The translations under genes and the position numbers were made by a program. Below, piece by piece: positions 1 through 8,218 of a DNA stretch of 64,000 bases. Origin of the DNA: Candidatus Zixiibacteriota bacterium (lineage in GTDB: Bacteria; Zixibacteria; MSB-5A5; GN15; FEB-12); contig JAOUBJ010000014.1 in assembly GCA_029860345.1 (NCBI GenBank), forward strand, positions 53,731-117,730. The letters are read 5' to 3'. The notes under the pieces were generated by a model. It was not told where the DNA came from. It did not search any database and saw nothing but the letters and a program-made list of their open reading frames with translations. The first letter of the stretch is position 1, and each line of letters begins with the position of its first letter.

Positions 1-138
1 GTTGTAGATCACTGCTACTTCCGGTTCAACCAGAATCGGCACGGTGAAATCCGAAGCATAAGCCCAAACGCAGACAATGATCAAAAGGAGGTAGACCCAA
101 CGTCGGTCCAGCTTCATTAGTTTTTCAAATGTTTCCAT
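1..138 (-). CDS. Module family M3 (bitopic membrane protein), cassette III copy; N-terminal 46 aa only, runs off the left edge
   Basis: Minus-strand ATG at 138 is preceded by GGAGG. The translation METFEKLMKLDRRWVYLLLIIVCVW aligns with the N-terminus of 60376..61212 (MNFWERMEQIDRRWVYLMVGL). It starts 8 nt after the stop of 147..962. Confidence 0.6.
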   Translation of the reverse strand, partial: METFEKLMKLDRRWVYLLLIIVCVWAYASDFTVPILVEPEVAVIYN

Positions 139-146
139 GGCTCCTC

Positions 147-962
147 CTATCCCTTCCCCATGTAGCCGCGTTCGATGCCGAGAATGACCTTCAGCGCGGT
201 AGCCACAATGCCAAGGCCGATACCCACCACAATGGCTCGCTGCGCAGCGAGGTTGGGAACGTTCATCAACCAGTTGGAGGCTTTGGCCACATACTCGGCG
301 CCGGGGATGAACGGATTGAACCTGGACATCACCAGGAGAGCGGCCAACAGCAAGAGCGATGCGAGTACGTTACGAGCCCGGAAGGCTCGGTAGGCCGCCG
401 AAGCGATATAGAAAGCCAACAGCGAGAACATGGTGGCCAGGATGGGCATCATGACATAGTCGAAGAAGGCGCGGAACATTGAGTTCTCAAGTCCTTCCGG
501 TGTGTAAAGGAAGAAAGCCCAGGCGTCATCGAAGATGGCCACCAGCACGGCGGCAATCAACAAGCCAATGGAAACCATGCCCCACATCCGCTTCTCGCCT
601 GAATTGGTGGCGGCTCGAAGTCTCATCAGCCCTACAATACAGGCCGAACACAATACCAGCCACAAGAAGTACAGACCCCAACCCTCGCCGGTTTGCTGCG
701 TGAAGCCGAAAGCCACCATCAAGTACAGTCCGACCAGCGTTAGATAGGAGTACTGGGCGCCCTCTTTTCCCAGTTTGATCTTCTCAACTGAGACCTTGAA
801 AAGCGACCAGATACCAAGGGCCAGGGCGAATATGCCGATCACGATTATCCAGTCGAGAAGGAATTCATAGGCCGCTTCTGATTTTTCGTGCGGTACGAAG
901 AATTGAAAAATCATGAAGAGGCCAAAGATAAAGACCAGAGCGAACGGTAATTGTCTTCTCAT
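147..962 (-). CDS. Module family M2 (polytopic membrane protein), cassette III
   Basis: The 271 aa ORF has multiple hydrophobic helices. Shared motifs are LLAFYIASAAYRAFRAR and AAQRAIVVGIGLGIV..LKVILGIERGYMGKG. It is a paralog of 3973..4647, 7566..8216 and 59712..60371, with an extra internal insertion. Confidence 0.8.
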   Translation of the reverse strand: MRRQLPFALVFIFGLFMIFQFFVPHEKSEAAYEFLLDWIIVIGIFALALGIWSLFKVSVEKIKLGKEGAQYSYLTLVGLYLMVAFGFTQQTGEGWGLYFLWLVLCSACIVGLMRLRAATNSGEKRMWGMVSIGLLIAAVLVAIFDDAWAFFLYTPEGLENSMFRAFFDYVMMPILATMFSLLAFYIASAAYRAFRARNVLASLLLLAALLVMSRFNPFIPGAEYVAKASNWLMNVPNLAAQRAIVVGIGLGIVATALKVILGIERGYMGKG

Positions 963-974
963 ATCTTGACCTCC

Positions 975-2204
975 TTAGTCTATGACCTGAAATATGGCCG
1001 GGAACTCAGTCCAGCCAAGATTAGCCGCCAACAAACCGGCAATGGCTAATACAACCACCGCCGCTTTCAATGCATCCTGGGCCTTGAGTGATCCCAAGAG
1101 CTTCGGTTCCCGACCAAGGTAGGCCGAGGCAGCATATAATTCTTCACCGATCAGAGTATAGTCGCAGGCTACAATGAAGAACGGTATCTGAGCGATTTCG
1201 TCGGTGCCGGATATCTGAATAGAGCCGGCCAACGATCCGGTCTCGGCCAGAAGCAGAGACTCGGCAAAGAACTTACCCATGTACACGCAGGTGGCGGGCA
1301 GTTCCCTTAGCATAATACCGTTCACGGCGGCTACATACGCAAACTGTGACTGGGTTACAAAGTGCACGCAGTCCTCTTTGTAGTCCTCGGGCCGACCGGC
1401 ATCGAAGTAGGAGGACTTAACAACCTCCTGTGCGACCGACATTACAATCGGATCATAAGTGGGCACGATCAATTCGGTCTGATACTCGGCCACTCGTTTG
1501 GCCACGCGCCCCAGGATGGTAAACGAGGCTATCGTTGCAACATCGGCTGCCGTACCCAAGCCCAGTACGTAGAGAATTGGACGGCCCATCTCAGTAGCGC
1601 GACCAATAGCGTCGTCGACCGCCTCAATTCCGCCGATGGGTCTGATGTAGAACTCCCGACCACGGCGGGCGCTCAATACAAAATAGATGGTCAGGATTCC
1701 GAACAGGAGCACCGCAATCAAAACCGGCCAGCGCCCGGTGTTGAACCATTGGCCCGATGCTTGAACCGGACCCTGCACGCCCGAGGCGGTGCGGATGGCC
1801 GGGTCAATCGTGACGACATCGACCTGGTAGAACAAGTCGGTGTGGTCTGGAATGAAGTTTCCGTCATTGGGGTCTTTCGATCCAATGTGCACAAAGGTGC
1901 TTTCACCGGCCGGTGATGCCCCGACACTGTCGAAGGGGCCGTCATACGAGGTACTATAATAGATCTCGTAGTGCAGCACGTTGTTTTTGCCGCCGCCATC
2001 GTCGGCTGAGGTTTCCCATGTCACGACAACAGCATGGCCATGATCGTTCGGTTTGTCGACGACTTTGATATCCGCCGCCGCCGCTGGATACAGTTCAGCA
2101 GAATCGACCACTGTGCTGTCGGCCATATCGAGCTCCGTCTGAGCCCAAACCGGCGACAAGCCGAACACCAGAACCATACCGACTATCAGAAGTTTATGTT
2201 TCAT
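975..2204 (-). CDS. Module family M1 (signal peptide, Fn3-like ectodomain, TM, conserved acidic-hydrophobic C-region), cassette III
   Basis: The 409 aa ORF starts with the signal-like MKHKLLIVGMVLVFGLSPVWAQTE. A beta-rich ectodomain (VVVTWETS..YEIYYSTS..YQVDVV) is followed by a TM helix. The C-region carries GRATEMGRP, FFAESLLLAETG, IQISGT and PFFIVACDYTLIGEELYAASAYL. Confidence 0.8.
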   Translation of the reverse strand: MKHKLLIVGMVLVFGLSPVWAQTELDMADSTVVDSAELYPAAAADIKVVDKPNDHGHAVVVTWETSADDGGGKNNVLHYEIYYSTSYDGPFDSVGASPAGESTFVHIGSKDPNDGNFIPDHTDLFYQVDVVTIDPAIRTASGVQGPVQASGQWFNTGRWPVLIAVLLFGILTIYFVLSARRGREFYIRPIGGIEAVDDAIGRATEMGRPILYVLGLGTAADVATIASFTILGRVAKRVAEYQTELIVPTYDPIVMSVAQEVVKSSYFDAGRPEDYKEDCVHFVTQSQFAYVAAVNGIMLRELPATCVYMGKFFAESLLLAETGSLAGSIQISGTDEIAQIPFFIVACDYTLIGEELYAASAYLGREPKLLGSLKAQDALKAAVVVLAIAGLLAANLGWTEFPAIFQVID

Positions 2205-2234
2205 AAGCTTCTCCCTCTCTATGGAGAGAATCGT

Positions 2235-3059
2235 TTAAGATATTATTTGCAACCAATCCTTGAACAGGAACGTGATGCGTCCCACCAATAGCGAGATGCG
2301 TCCCATCACGGTGTAACCAAATCCGGCTCCAAAAGTAACCATCAACACCCAGATGCCCACTCTGGAAGCGCGTCCAAAAATCCCGGTATGTTCTTTGGAA
2401 AAGAAGAAGTAGACAATTCCGCAGATCACGCCGATGAAAATCACCCAGTTCGACATCATGGCCACCAACTGGCCGGTCGCGGAAGCATCCAGGTTGGAGA
2501 AAAAGTTGCCCAAGCCCAGCCAGGGATGCGTTTTCGCGGTACCCAACAGCGGCACAAAAGTCGCTGACACCTGCTTAACGAAATCCGAGCGCAGGTACCT
2601 GACAAAGTTCAATCCGGCGGTAGTACCTACAATCAAAGCCAGCGGCCAGCGCGACATCCAGCCAAAATCTTTGGAGAGGCGCATCAGGAGCATCAGCCCA
2701 AGTATCACCGGCGTCCAATATGCAAAGTTCCAGTTGCTCGCCTGATAGGGTACCTGAAAAAACTCAGACACGCCCTCGGAGAGCCGTGGAAATAAGTTGC
2801 CGACAATTGTCGACCAGAAGCCCTGGCACATCCAGAAGGCGGCCGAGACACCCACATAGAGATGCTCGGCGAATTTGTAAAACGGATTGTCTTTGTATAG
2901 GAACGAGAAAATGGCCAGCGTCAGGAAAGCAGCCATCGTCACCCCGAACGCCCTGGCTATGTTGTTCTCCTCACCCGAAGTGGAACTTGCATGCACCACC
3001 CAACTGACCACAAACAGTACTACAACGACGGCAACTACAATCCAGGTCGAGCGGTTCAC
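2235..3059 (-). CDS. Module family M4 (polytopic membrane protein), cassette II
   Basis: Motifs FLYKDNPFYKFAE, SRWPLALIVG, YFFFSKEHTG and FGYTVMGRISLLVGR match 5914..6549 and 61209..61844. I placed the start at the GTG that overlaps the upstream stop (TAGTG at 3057-3061) rather than the track's 3119. The start remains uncertain. Confidence 0.7.
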   Translation of the reverse strand: MNRSTWIVVAVVVVLFVVSWVVHASSTSGEENNIARAFGVTMAAFLTLAIFSFLYKDNPFYKFAEHLYVGVSAAFWMCQGFWSTIVGNLFPRLSEGVSEFFQVPYQASNWNFAYWTPVILGLMLLMRLSKDFGWMSRWPLALIVGTTAGLNFVRYLRSDFVKQVSATFVPLLGTAKTHPWLGLGNFFSNLDASATGQLVAMMSNWVIFIGVICGIVYFFFSKEHTGIFGRASRVGIWVLMVTFGAGFGYTVMGRISLLVGRITFLFKDWLQIIS

Positions 3060-3973
3060 TACCTCTTCCCTCCCTTGCGACTTCGGAAGTAGGCAATGTT
3101 GCCGATGACAATGAAGCACATTATTACGACGTGGGCCAATGTCTGCGGCCCCATCATTGATAGCCCCGGTTTTTCCATGTCGCTAAAACGGTCATAGCTA
3201 CCGGACAACTGCTCTTCATACTCGGCCGCACCCTTGACACCGCCGAGGATACCTATGATTTGCTGTGGATAGTACGGGTACAACTGCGGCGCCACCACTG
3301 CCGCCACCCCGACGCCGATTGGTACGCCGACCGGATCACCAACGAACAACACCCACTCCTTGGGACCGGGACGTCCCCCGCCCAGGGCAACAATCAGATC
3401 GAAATCGGCGCATGAACCGATCTCTTTGAAAATCTCGGTGCTGTCCAAAGGAACGCCGTTAACATCTGTGGGGAACATCTTTCGGTAATCGGACACGATG
3501 ACATTGAGTACGCCCTCGTTGCCCGCTTTGTAACCGACACTAATATAGTCTTCGCCGTCAACCAAGTCCGGAAACTCCGGCAGGATTACGTTTTGTATGG
3601 TGCCGGTCAACAATGTCTGGCCGGTTGCCCATAGACTCATAAAGACCACCTTGTGGCCTCGGTCGAGACAATGGAAGGAGATGGCATTGGCCATCGGCTG
3701 CACTTCGGGCGCCATGGCCGGATCAAAGTCGAACGAAATCAGTATGCGCGATCCTTCGGGCAGGGTGTCGATACGATCATACAGCCCTTTCACCACGGCC
3801 GTGGCGTGCTCTTCGAATGTGATCGGAAAGAGTATGGGCGCCGCCACCGCCAGGAATATGAACACAAAGATGACGCGACGGTCAACTTCACGACCTTTGA
3901 TCGAGCGTACAAACAGCCAGGCCAAGCCGCCGAAAATAACCACCAATGATATCAGCACTCCGGGTGAATACAT
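3059..3973 (-). CDS. Module family M3 (N- and C-terminal TM helices around a roughly 230 aa soluble domain), cassette II
   Basis: The 304 aa ORF carries LPEGSRILISFDFDPAMAPEVQPMANA, ILGGVKGAAEYE and a C-terminal TM followed by a basic tail. Its ATG overlaps the upstream stop by 1 nt (TAATG). Confidence 0.8.
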   Translation of the reverse strand: MYSPGVLISLVVIFGGLAWLFVRSIKGREVDRRVIFVFIFLAVAAPILFPITFEEHATAVVKGLYDRIDTLPEGSRILISFDFDPAMAPEVQPMANAISFHCLDRGHKVVFMSLWATGQTLLTGTIQNVILPEFPDLVDGEDYISVGYKAGNEGVLNVIVSDYRKMFPTDVNGVPLDSTEIFKEIGSCADFDLIVALGGGRPGPKEWVLFVGDPVGVPIGVGVAAVVAPQLYPYYPQQIIGILGGVKGAAEYEEQLSGSYDRFSDMEKPGLSMMGPQTLAHVVIMCFIVIGNIAYFRSRKGGKR

Positions 3974-4647
3974 TACTTGTCCCCTCCAAGATAGGAGCGT
4001 TCAATGCCGAGGATGAGTCTCAGCGACATTGAGATCACACCCAGCCCGATACCAATCATAATTGCGCGTTGACCGGCCAGGTTGGGAGAGTTCATAATCC
4101 AGATGGCCAAATTGGGGATTTGCAGAATTGATGCCGAGTCCGGTATCCAGCCGGTTACTGCAGTACCGAAAGGTGTGCGTCCCAGCAGTATGACAAAGGC
4201 AGCTATCAACAATAGGGTGGCTTCACGGTTCTTGGCGCGAAAAGCACGGTACGATGCCGAGGCGACGAAGAACGCCAGCAACGAGTACATGGTCGATCCC
4301 AGCGGTATTATCACGGAGTTGAATATATCGTAGAACAGTGAGCCGGGCGCGTCCACGGCTGAGGAGATGTCGCCGGGGTTGTTTATCTTGAACAATCCGG
4401 CCGCCAGCATCACGCTGAATCCAAGCAGTGTCACGATTGAAAAGGGCCAGTCTTCCTTTCGTGCTTTCAGTTTGGCAACGTGCACCCGAATCAGGTTGCC
4501 GCCGCCCAGGAAGAATGCGAAGACGGCAATGATATCAAACCACAGCGTGAATGTTCGTTCCATATCGCCGAACGGCGGGATGAACACCGAGACAATCAAC
4601 AGGGCTCCGACAAAAAACGTTATGAAAAGTGGTATCTGCTGTCTCAT
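3973..4647 (-). CDS. Module family M2 (polytopic membrane protein), cassette II
   Basis: The 224 aa ORF carries LLAFFVASASYRAFRAK and AGQRAIMIGIGLGVISMSLRLILGIERSYLGG. Confidence 0.8.
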   Translation of the reverse strand: MRQQIPLFITFFVGALLIVSVFIPPFGDMERTFTLWFDIIAVFAFFLGGGNLIRVHVAKLKARKEDWPFSIVTLLGFSVMLAAGLFKINNPGDISSAVDAPGSLFYDIFNSVIIPLGSTMYSLLAFFVASASYRAFRAKNREATLLLIAAFVILLGRTPFGTAVTGWIPDSASILQIPNLAIWIMNSPNLAGQRAIMIGIGLGVISMSLRLILGIERSYLGGDK

Positions 4648-4654
4648 AGCTTCT

Positions 4655-5914
4655 CTAACCGGCTGCGAACATCGACATCAGCCATCGATGTAAATCCTTC
4701 ATATACTCCAGGCCCCAGGCTTCAGACGTGGTCACCGCGACCATACCGGCCAGAATCGCAACCATAGCGATCGCCTTGCCCACATCCTGCCCCTTGAGAG
4801 AGCCCAACATACGCGGCTCACCCGACAGATAGGCGGAGGCGGCGAACAGTTCCTCACCGATCAGGGTAAAGTCGCAGGCGGCAATAAAGAAGGGCAATTG
4901 AGCCGGACGGGCAGTACCGGCAATCTGTATGGCGCCAACTGAGTTTCCGGTCTCGGCCAGAATCAACGACTCAGCGAAAAAGGCTCCGAGCAAAAACACG
5001 GTGGCCGGTTTCTCGCGAACCATGAGACCATCGACCGCCGCAACGTAGCCGAACTGTTCATCCGTCACATAGTTGACCATTTCGTCACTATAACCGTCGG
5101 GCCGACCGGCCGCCTGGTAGGATGCCTTGATGGTTTCGCGCGCCGCGGTCATGACCAACGATCGAGCCACCGGCATGAATATCTTGCTGTCGTAATCGGC
5201 GATGGTTCGAGAGACTCTTCCCAGAATGGTCAGCGCAGCCAAAGTTTGCACATCGTCCATATCGTGAATGCCGGGAATGAACAACACCGGTCTACCCATC
5301 TCAGTAGCGCGTCCGACCGCCTCGTCGATAGCTTCCAGACCGGCGATTTTGCGCACGAACAGTTTCTTGCCGCGCTTGGCGGTCTCGACATAGAAGATTA
5401 CGGCACCTGCAATAATCAGGGCCATGATGAGAAGGGAGAGTCGGGCAAAGTTGAACCACTCCGGCTGGGGCGATATCTCCCTCGTCACAACCGATGGATA
5501 CTCACCGCTTTCGGTCAATGTGGCGATGTAATAAGTATAGGTGCTGTCTTTGTCGACATTTTTGTCGGTGAAACTCGCCACGCCCGGCAAAAGATCACTA
5601 ATGGGGGCTGCCTGACCACCGTTGACCGAACGGTAGACCCGATATCCGTCAACAATACTGCCTGCTATCTGGTCGTCAATGGACGGAACCCAGAACAGCC
5701 TCACCGAGTCGCCGTTATCATACACTCCGTCTTCGACCAACAGGGATGTCACCGGCGCAGCTTCAACCACGGCGCTGTCGACAATCAGGGTCGTATCCAA
5801 GGTCAGTTCAGTCTGGCCGAACACCTGGAGGCCGGACGCTGCAAACAGAATGCCAAGGGTAAGTGTAATGGATACGATAGAGCGGGGAGATAATGTCGGT
5901 TGTCGAACTGACAC
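4655..5914 (-). CDS. Module family M1 (signal peptide, Fn3-like ectodomain, TM, conserved C-region), cassette II
   Basis: The 419 aa ORF has a GTG start overlapping the upstream stop (TAGTG). Motifs are GRATEMGRP, FFAESLILAETG, IQIAGT and PFFIAACDFTLIGEELFAASAYL. Confidence 0.8.
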   Translation of the reverse strand: MSVRQPTLSPRSIVSITLTLGILFAASGLQVFGQTELTLDTTLIVDSAVVEAAPVTSLLVEDGVYDNGDSVRLFWVPSIDDQIAGSIVDGYRVYRSVNGGQAAPISDLLPGVASFTDKNVDKDSTYTYYIATLTESGEYPSVVTREISPQPEWFNFARLSLLIMALIIAGAVIFYVETAKRGKKLFVRKIAGLEAIDEAVGRATEMGRPVLFIPGIHDMDDVQTLAALTILGRVSRTIADYDSKIFMPVARSLVMTAARETIKASYQAAGRPDGYSDEMVNYVTDEQFGYVAAVDGLMVREKPATVFLLGAFFAESLILAETGNSVGAIQIAGTARPAQLPFFIAACDFTLIGEELFAASAYLSGEPRMLGSLKGQDVGKAIAMVAILAGMVAVTTSEAWGLEYMKDLHRWLMSMFAAG

Positions 5915-6549
5915 TATCCAATCATCCCCAACCAGTCGCCCAACAGAAAATCGATCCGCCCGATCAAGAGCGACATACGACTCATCACGGTGTATCCGAA
6001 GGAAGCGCCGAAAGTAATCATAATGAAGAATATTCCAACGCGAGCGGTACCGCCAAATGCCCCGGTGTGTTCTTTGGAAAAGAAGAAATATACCAGCCCG
6101 GTAAAAGTGCCGATGACTATCACCAGATTACTTATAATGGCACCCAAACCGGCATCGAATCCTTGTCCAAATGCGGAGGATAGCAGCGGCATAATGGTGG
6201 CCTGGGTCTGGACCATGATATTCGAGGCCAGGAAATTCATCAACCACAGACCGGCCGTCGAGCCGACGATAAAGGCCAGCGGCCAACGTGAAATCCATCC
6301 GATCTTGGGCACCAGCCGCATAATCATCAGGATTCCCAAAGCCATGCCTACCCACAGCATCGGTTCATCCTGCCAACCATCCCAGAACTTACCCACAAGG
6401 TTGTCCCAGAACAACGTCACTACCCAGAAGCCGGCCGAGATGCCGACAAATATAGCCTCGCTCAGCTTATACCACGGGTTGTCCTTGTACAAAAACGAAA
6501 GGATGCCGAGGGTCAAAAAGGCTCCGAGCCAAAGGGCGAAATGTTCCAT
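5914..6549 (-). CDS. Module family M4 (polytopic membrane protein), cassette I
   Basis: The 211 aa ORF carries FLYKDNPWYK, SRWPLAFIVG, YFFFSKEHTG and FGYTVMSRMSLLIGR. Confidence 0.8.
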   Translation of the reverse strand: MEHFALWLGAFLTLGILSFLYKDNPWYKLSEAIFVGISAGFWVVTLFWDNLVGKFWDGWQDEPMLWVGMALGILMIMRLVPKIGWISRWPLAFIVGSTAGLWLMNFLASNIMVQTQATIMPLLSSAFGQGFDAGLGAIISNLVIVIGTFTGLVYFFFSKEHTGAFGGTARVGIFFIMITFGASFGYTVMSRMSLLIGRIDFLLGDWLGMIG

Positions 6550-6561
6550 ACTGCCTCTGCC

Positions 6562-7569
6562 CTATCCTTTCAAAGCTGACTTACGTCCGCCCATAATGAA
6601 GGCGATGTTGCCGATGAGCACAAAAGCGATCACGATTACGTGTGCGAACGATTGTGACAGCATAAATATGGTGCCTTTGCCGCGGTATTCGGTCAGGGTC
6701 TCAAACTCGGCCGCACCACTCATCCCACCCATCAGTCCGATTAACTGCCCTGCGTCGAGATAGGCATACATCTGGGGCGCCTGCACCGCCGTGTTACCGG
6801 CGCCAAGCCTGACCCCATATCGGTCGACCGCTATCTGCACCCACTCGACGGAGCCTGGGAAACCGGCCGAGAGATTAACGGAGTAATCGATGTTGGAGAA
6901 GTTGCGCACGTTCTTTACCAGGGGAATCTCTTCGTAGGGCGTGCCTTCGTAGTCGCTTGAGAACATAGACTCAAACGAGGAGCCCATGCGCTGAATCACA
7001 AACTCGTTACCGGTCTGAAAACCTAAGTTTACATAGTCCACACCGTACTGAAGGTTTTTGGCCGCAATCTCCGGTTCCTGAAAGACCCTCTCGATAGCCA
7101 GGTTGGCCTGCTGCGGCCCTTGTGGCCAGAGACCCATCATGATGACCTTCAGGTCACGTTGAAAACAGAGCCTGAGAACAGCCTCGGCCATCGGCTGCAA
7201 CTCCGGCCCCGAAGGCGGATCGTAATCGAACGATATCAATACCTTCGACCCTTCCGGCAATTCAAGGACTGCATCGTACAGCTCTCTTACTTCCGGCGAA
7301 ATGGAAATCTTCTGAGAAATACTCATGAACAACGGCAAGGCCACCGCAATGCCTACATATAGGAACACAATCCGTCGCTCAATCAGGCGTCCCTTTATGG
7401 TCAGGATCATTATCCACAGAAGCGACAGGGCCAGGAGCGCTATCACTATTACCGACTCGGTCGTCGAAAACGTAATCGTCTCTCCACCGCCCACTTTTCT
7501 AAGATAGAAGACGAGAGCAAAGACGATGGCTCCAACTACGACAATGAGTTCCTTGACACGGGTGCTCAC
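6562..7569 (-). CDS. Module family M3 (bitopic, periplasmic-type domain), cassette I
   Basis: Motifs are LPEGSKVLISFDYDPPSGPELQPMAEA and LMGGMSGAAEFE. I placed the start at the GTG overlapping the stop of 7566..8216 (GTGA) instead of the track's 7695, which would overlap the upstream gene by 130 nt. Confidence 0.7.
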   Translation of the reverse strand: MSTRVKELIVVVGAIVFALVFYLRKVGGGETITFSTTESVIVIALLALSLLWIMILTIKGRLIERRIVFLYVGIAVALPLFMSISQKISISPEVRELYDAVLELPEGSKVLISFDYDPPSGPELQPMAEAVLRLCFQRDLKVIMMGLWPQGPQQANLAIERVFQEPEIAAKNLQYGVDYVNLGFQTGNEFVIQRMGSSFESMFSSDYEGTPYEEIPLVKNVRNFSNIDYSVNLSAGFPGSVEWVQIAVDRYGVRLGAGNTAVQAPQMYAYLDAGQLIGLMGGMSGAAEFETLTEYRGKGTIFMLSQSFAHVIVIAFVLIGNIAFIMGGRKSALKG

Positions 7570-8216
7570 TCGCCACCCCCGATATGGGAGCGTTCCAGGC
7601 CAAGGATAATACGTAGCGAGGTTGACACGATGCCCAGCCCGATGCCGATCATGATGGCTCTCTGTCCGGCTGCCTGAGGCACATTCATCACCCACGAGGC
7701 CAGATCGGAGAGTTGATATCCGGCGGGCATGAACGACGACAGGGTGTACCCTACCGGCACCCGTCCGATCATCACAAAGAAGGCCGCGATCAGCAACAGG
7801 GTCGCTTCGAAGTTCCTGGCCCGGAAGGCGCGATATGAAGCCGAAGCGACATAGAAGGCGAGGATTGCAAACATCGTGGCCGACAGCGGGATGTACGTAT
7901 AGTTGTAGAGCCAGTCAAAGGGGGTGCCGGGATTACGGAAGTCACGTCCGCCGGCCAATCCGATAATCACCATCAACAAAAACGTCGCTATGATCACCGC
8001 CGCATAGCCCCAATCAGCTTTCATCCTGGATACCTTGAGAATCGATATCTTCATCAGGTTGAGCGCACCCAGAATAATCGCACAGGCCTGGACAATAGAG
8101 AACCAGTCGGAGAACCAGTTACTCATGTTGCTGAACGGCCAGTGCGGTATAAAATACTGGACCACGAACCCGAGGCCGACAATGGCTGTTATGAATATTG
8201 GAACTTCTCTGCGCAT
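7566..8216 (-). CDS. Module family M2 (polytopic membrane protein), cassette I
   Basis: The 216 aa ORF carries ILAFYVASASYRAFRAR and AGQRAIMIGIGLGIVSTSLRIILGLERSHIGG. Confidence 0.8.
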   Translation of the reverse strand: MRREVPIFITAIVGLGFVVQYFIPHWPFSNMSNWFSDWFSIVQACAIILGALNLMKISILKVSRMKADWGYAAVIIATFLLMVIIGLAGGRDFRNPGTPFDWLYNYTYIPLSATMFAILAFYVASASYRAFRARNFEATLLLIAAFFVMIGRVPVGYTLSSFMPAGYQLSDLASWVMNVPQAAGQRAIMIGIGLGIVSTSLRIILGLERSHIGGGE

Positions 8217-8218
8217 AT

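Noticed and set aside
3060-3119. Longer N-terminal extensions suggested by the ORF track for the M4 cassette II gene (start 3119) and the M3 cassette I gene (start 7695)
   Set aside because: These extensions overlap the preceding genes by 60 and 130 nt and have no counterpart in the paralogs. GTG starts that overlap the upstream stop codons (3059 and 7569) fit the coupling pattern seen at the other junctions. This remains an inference.
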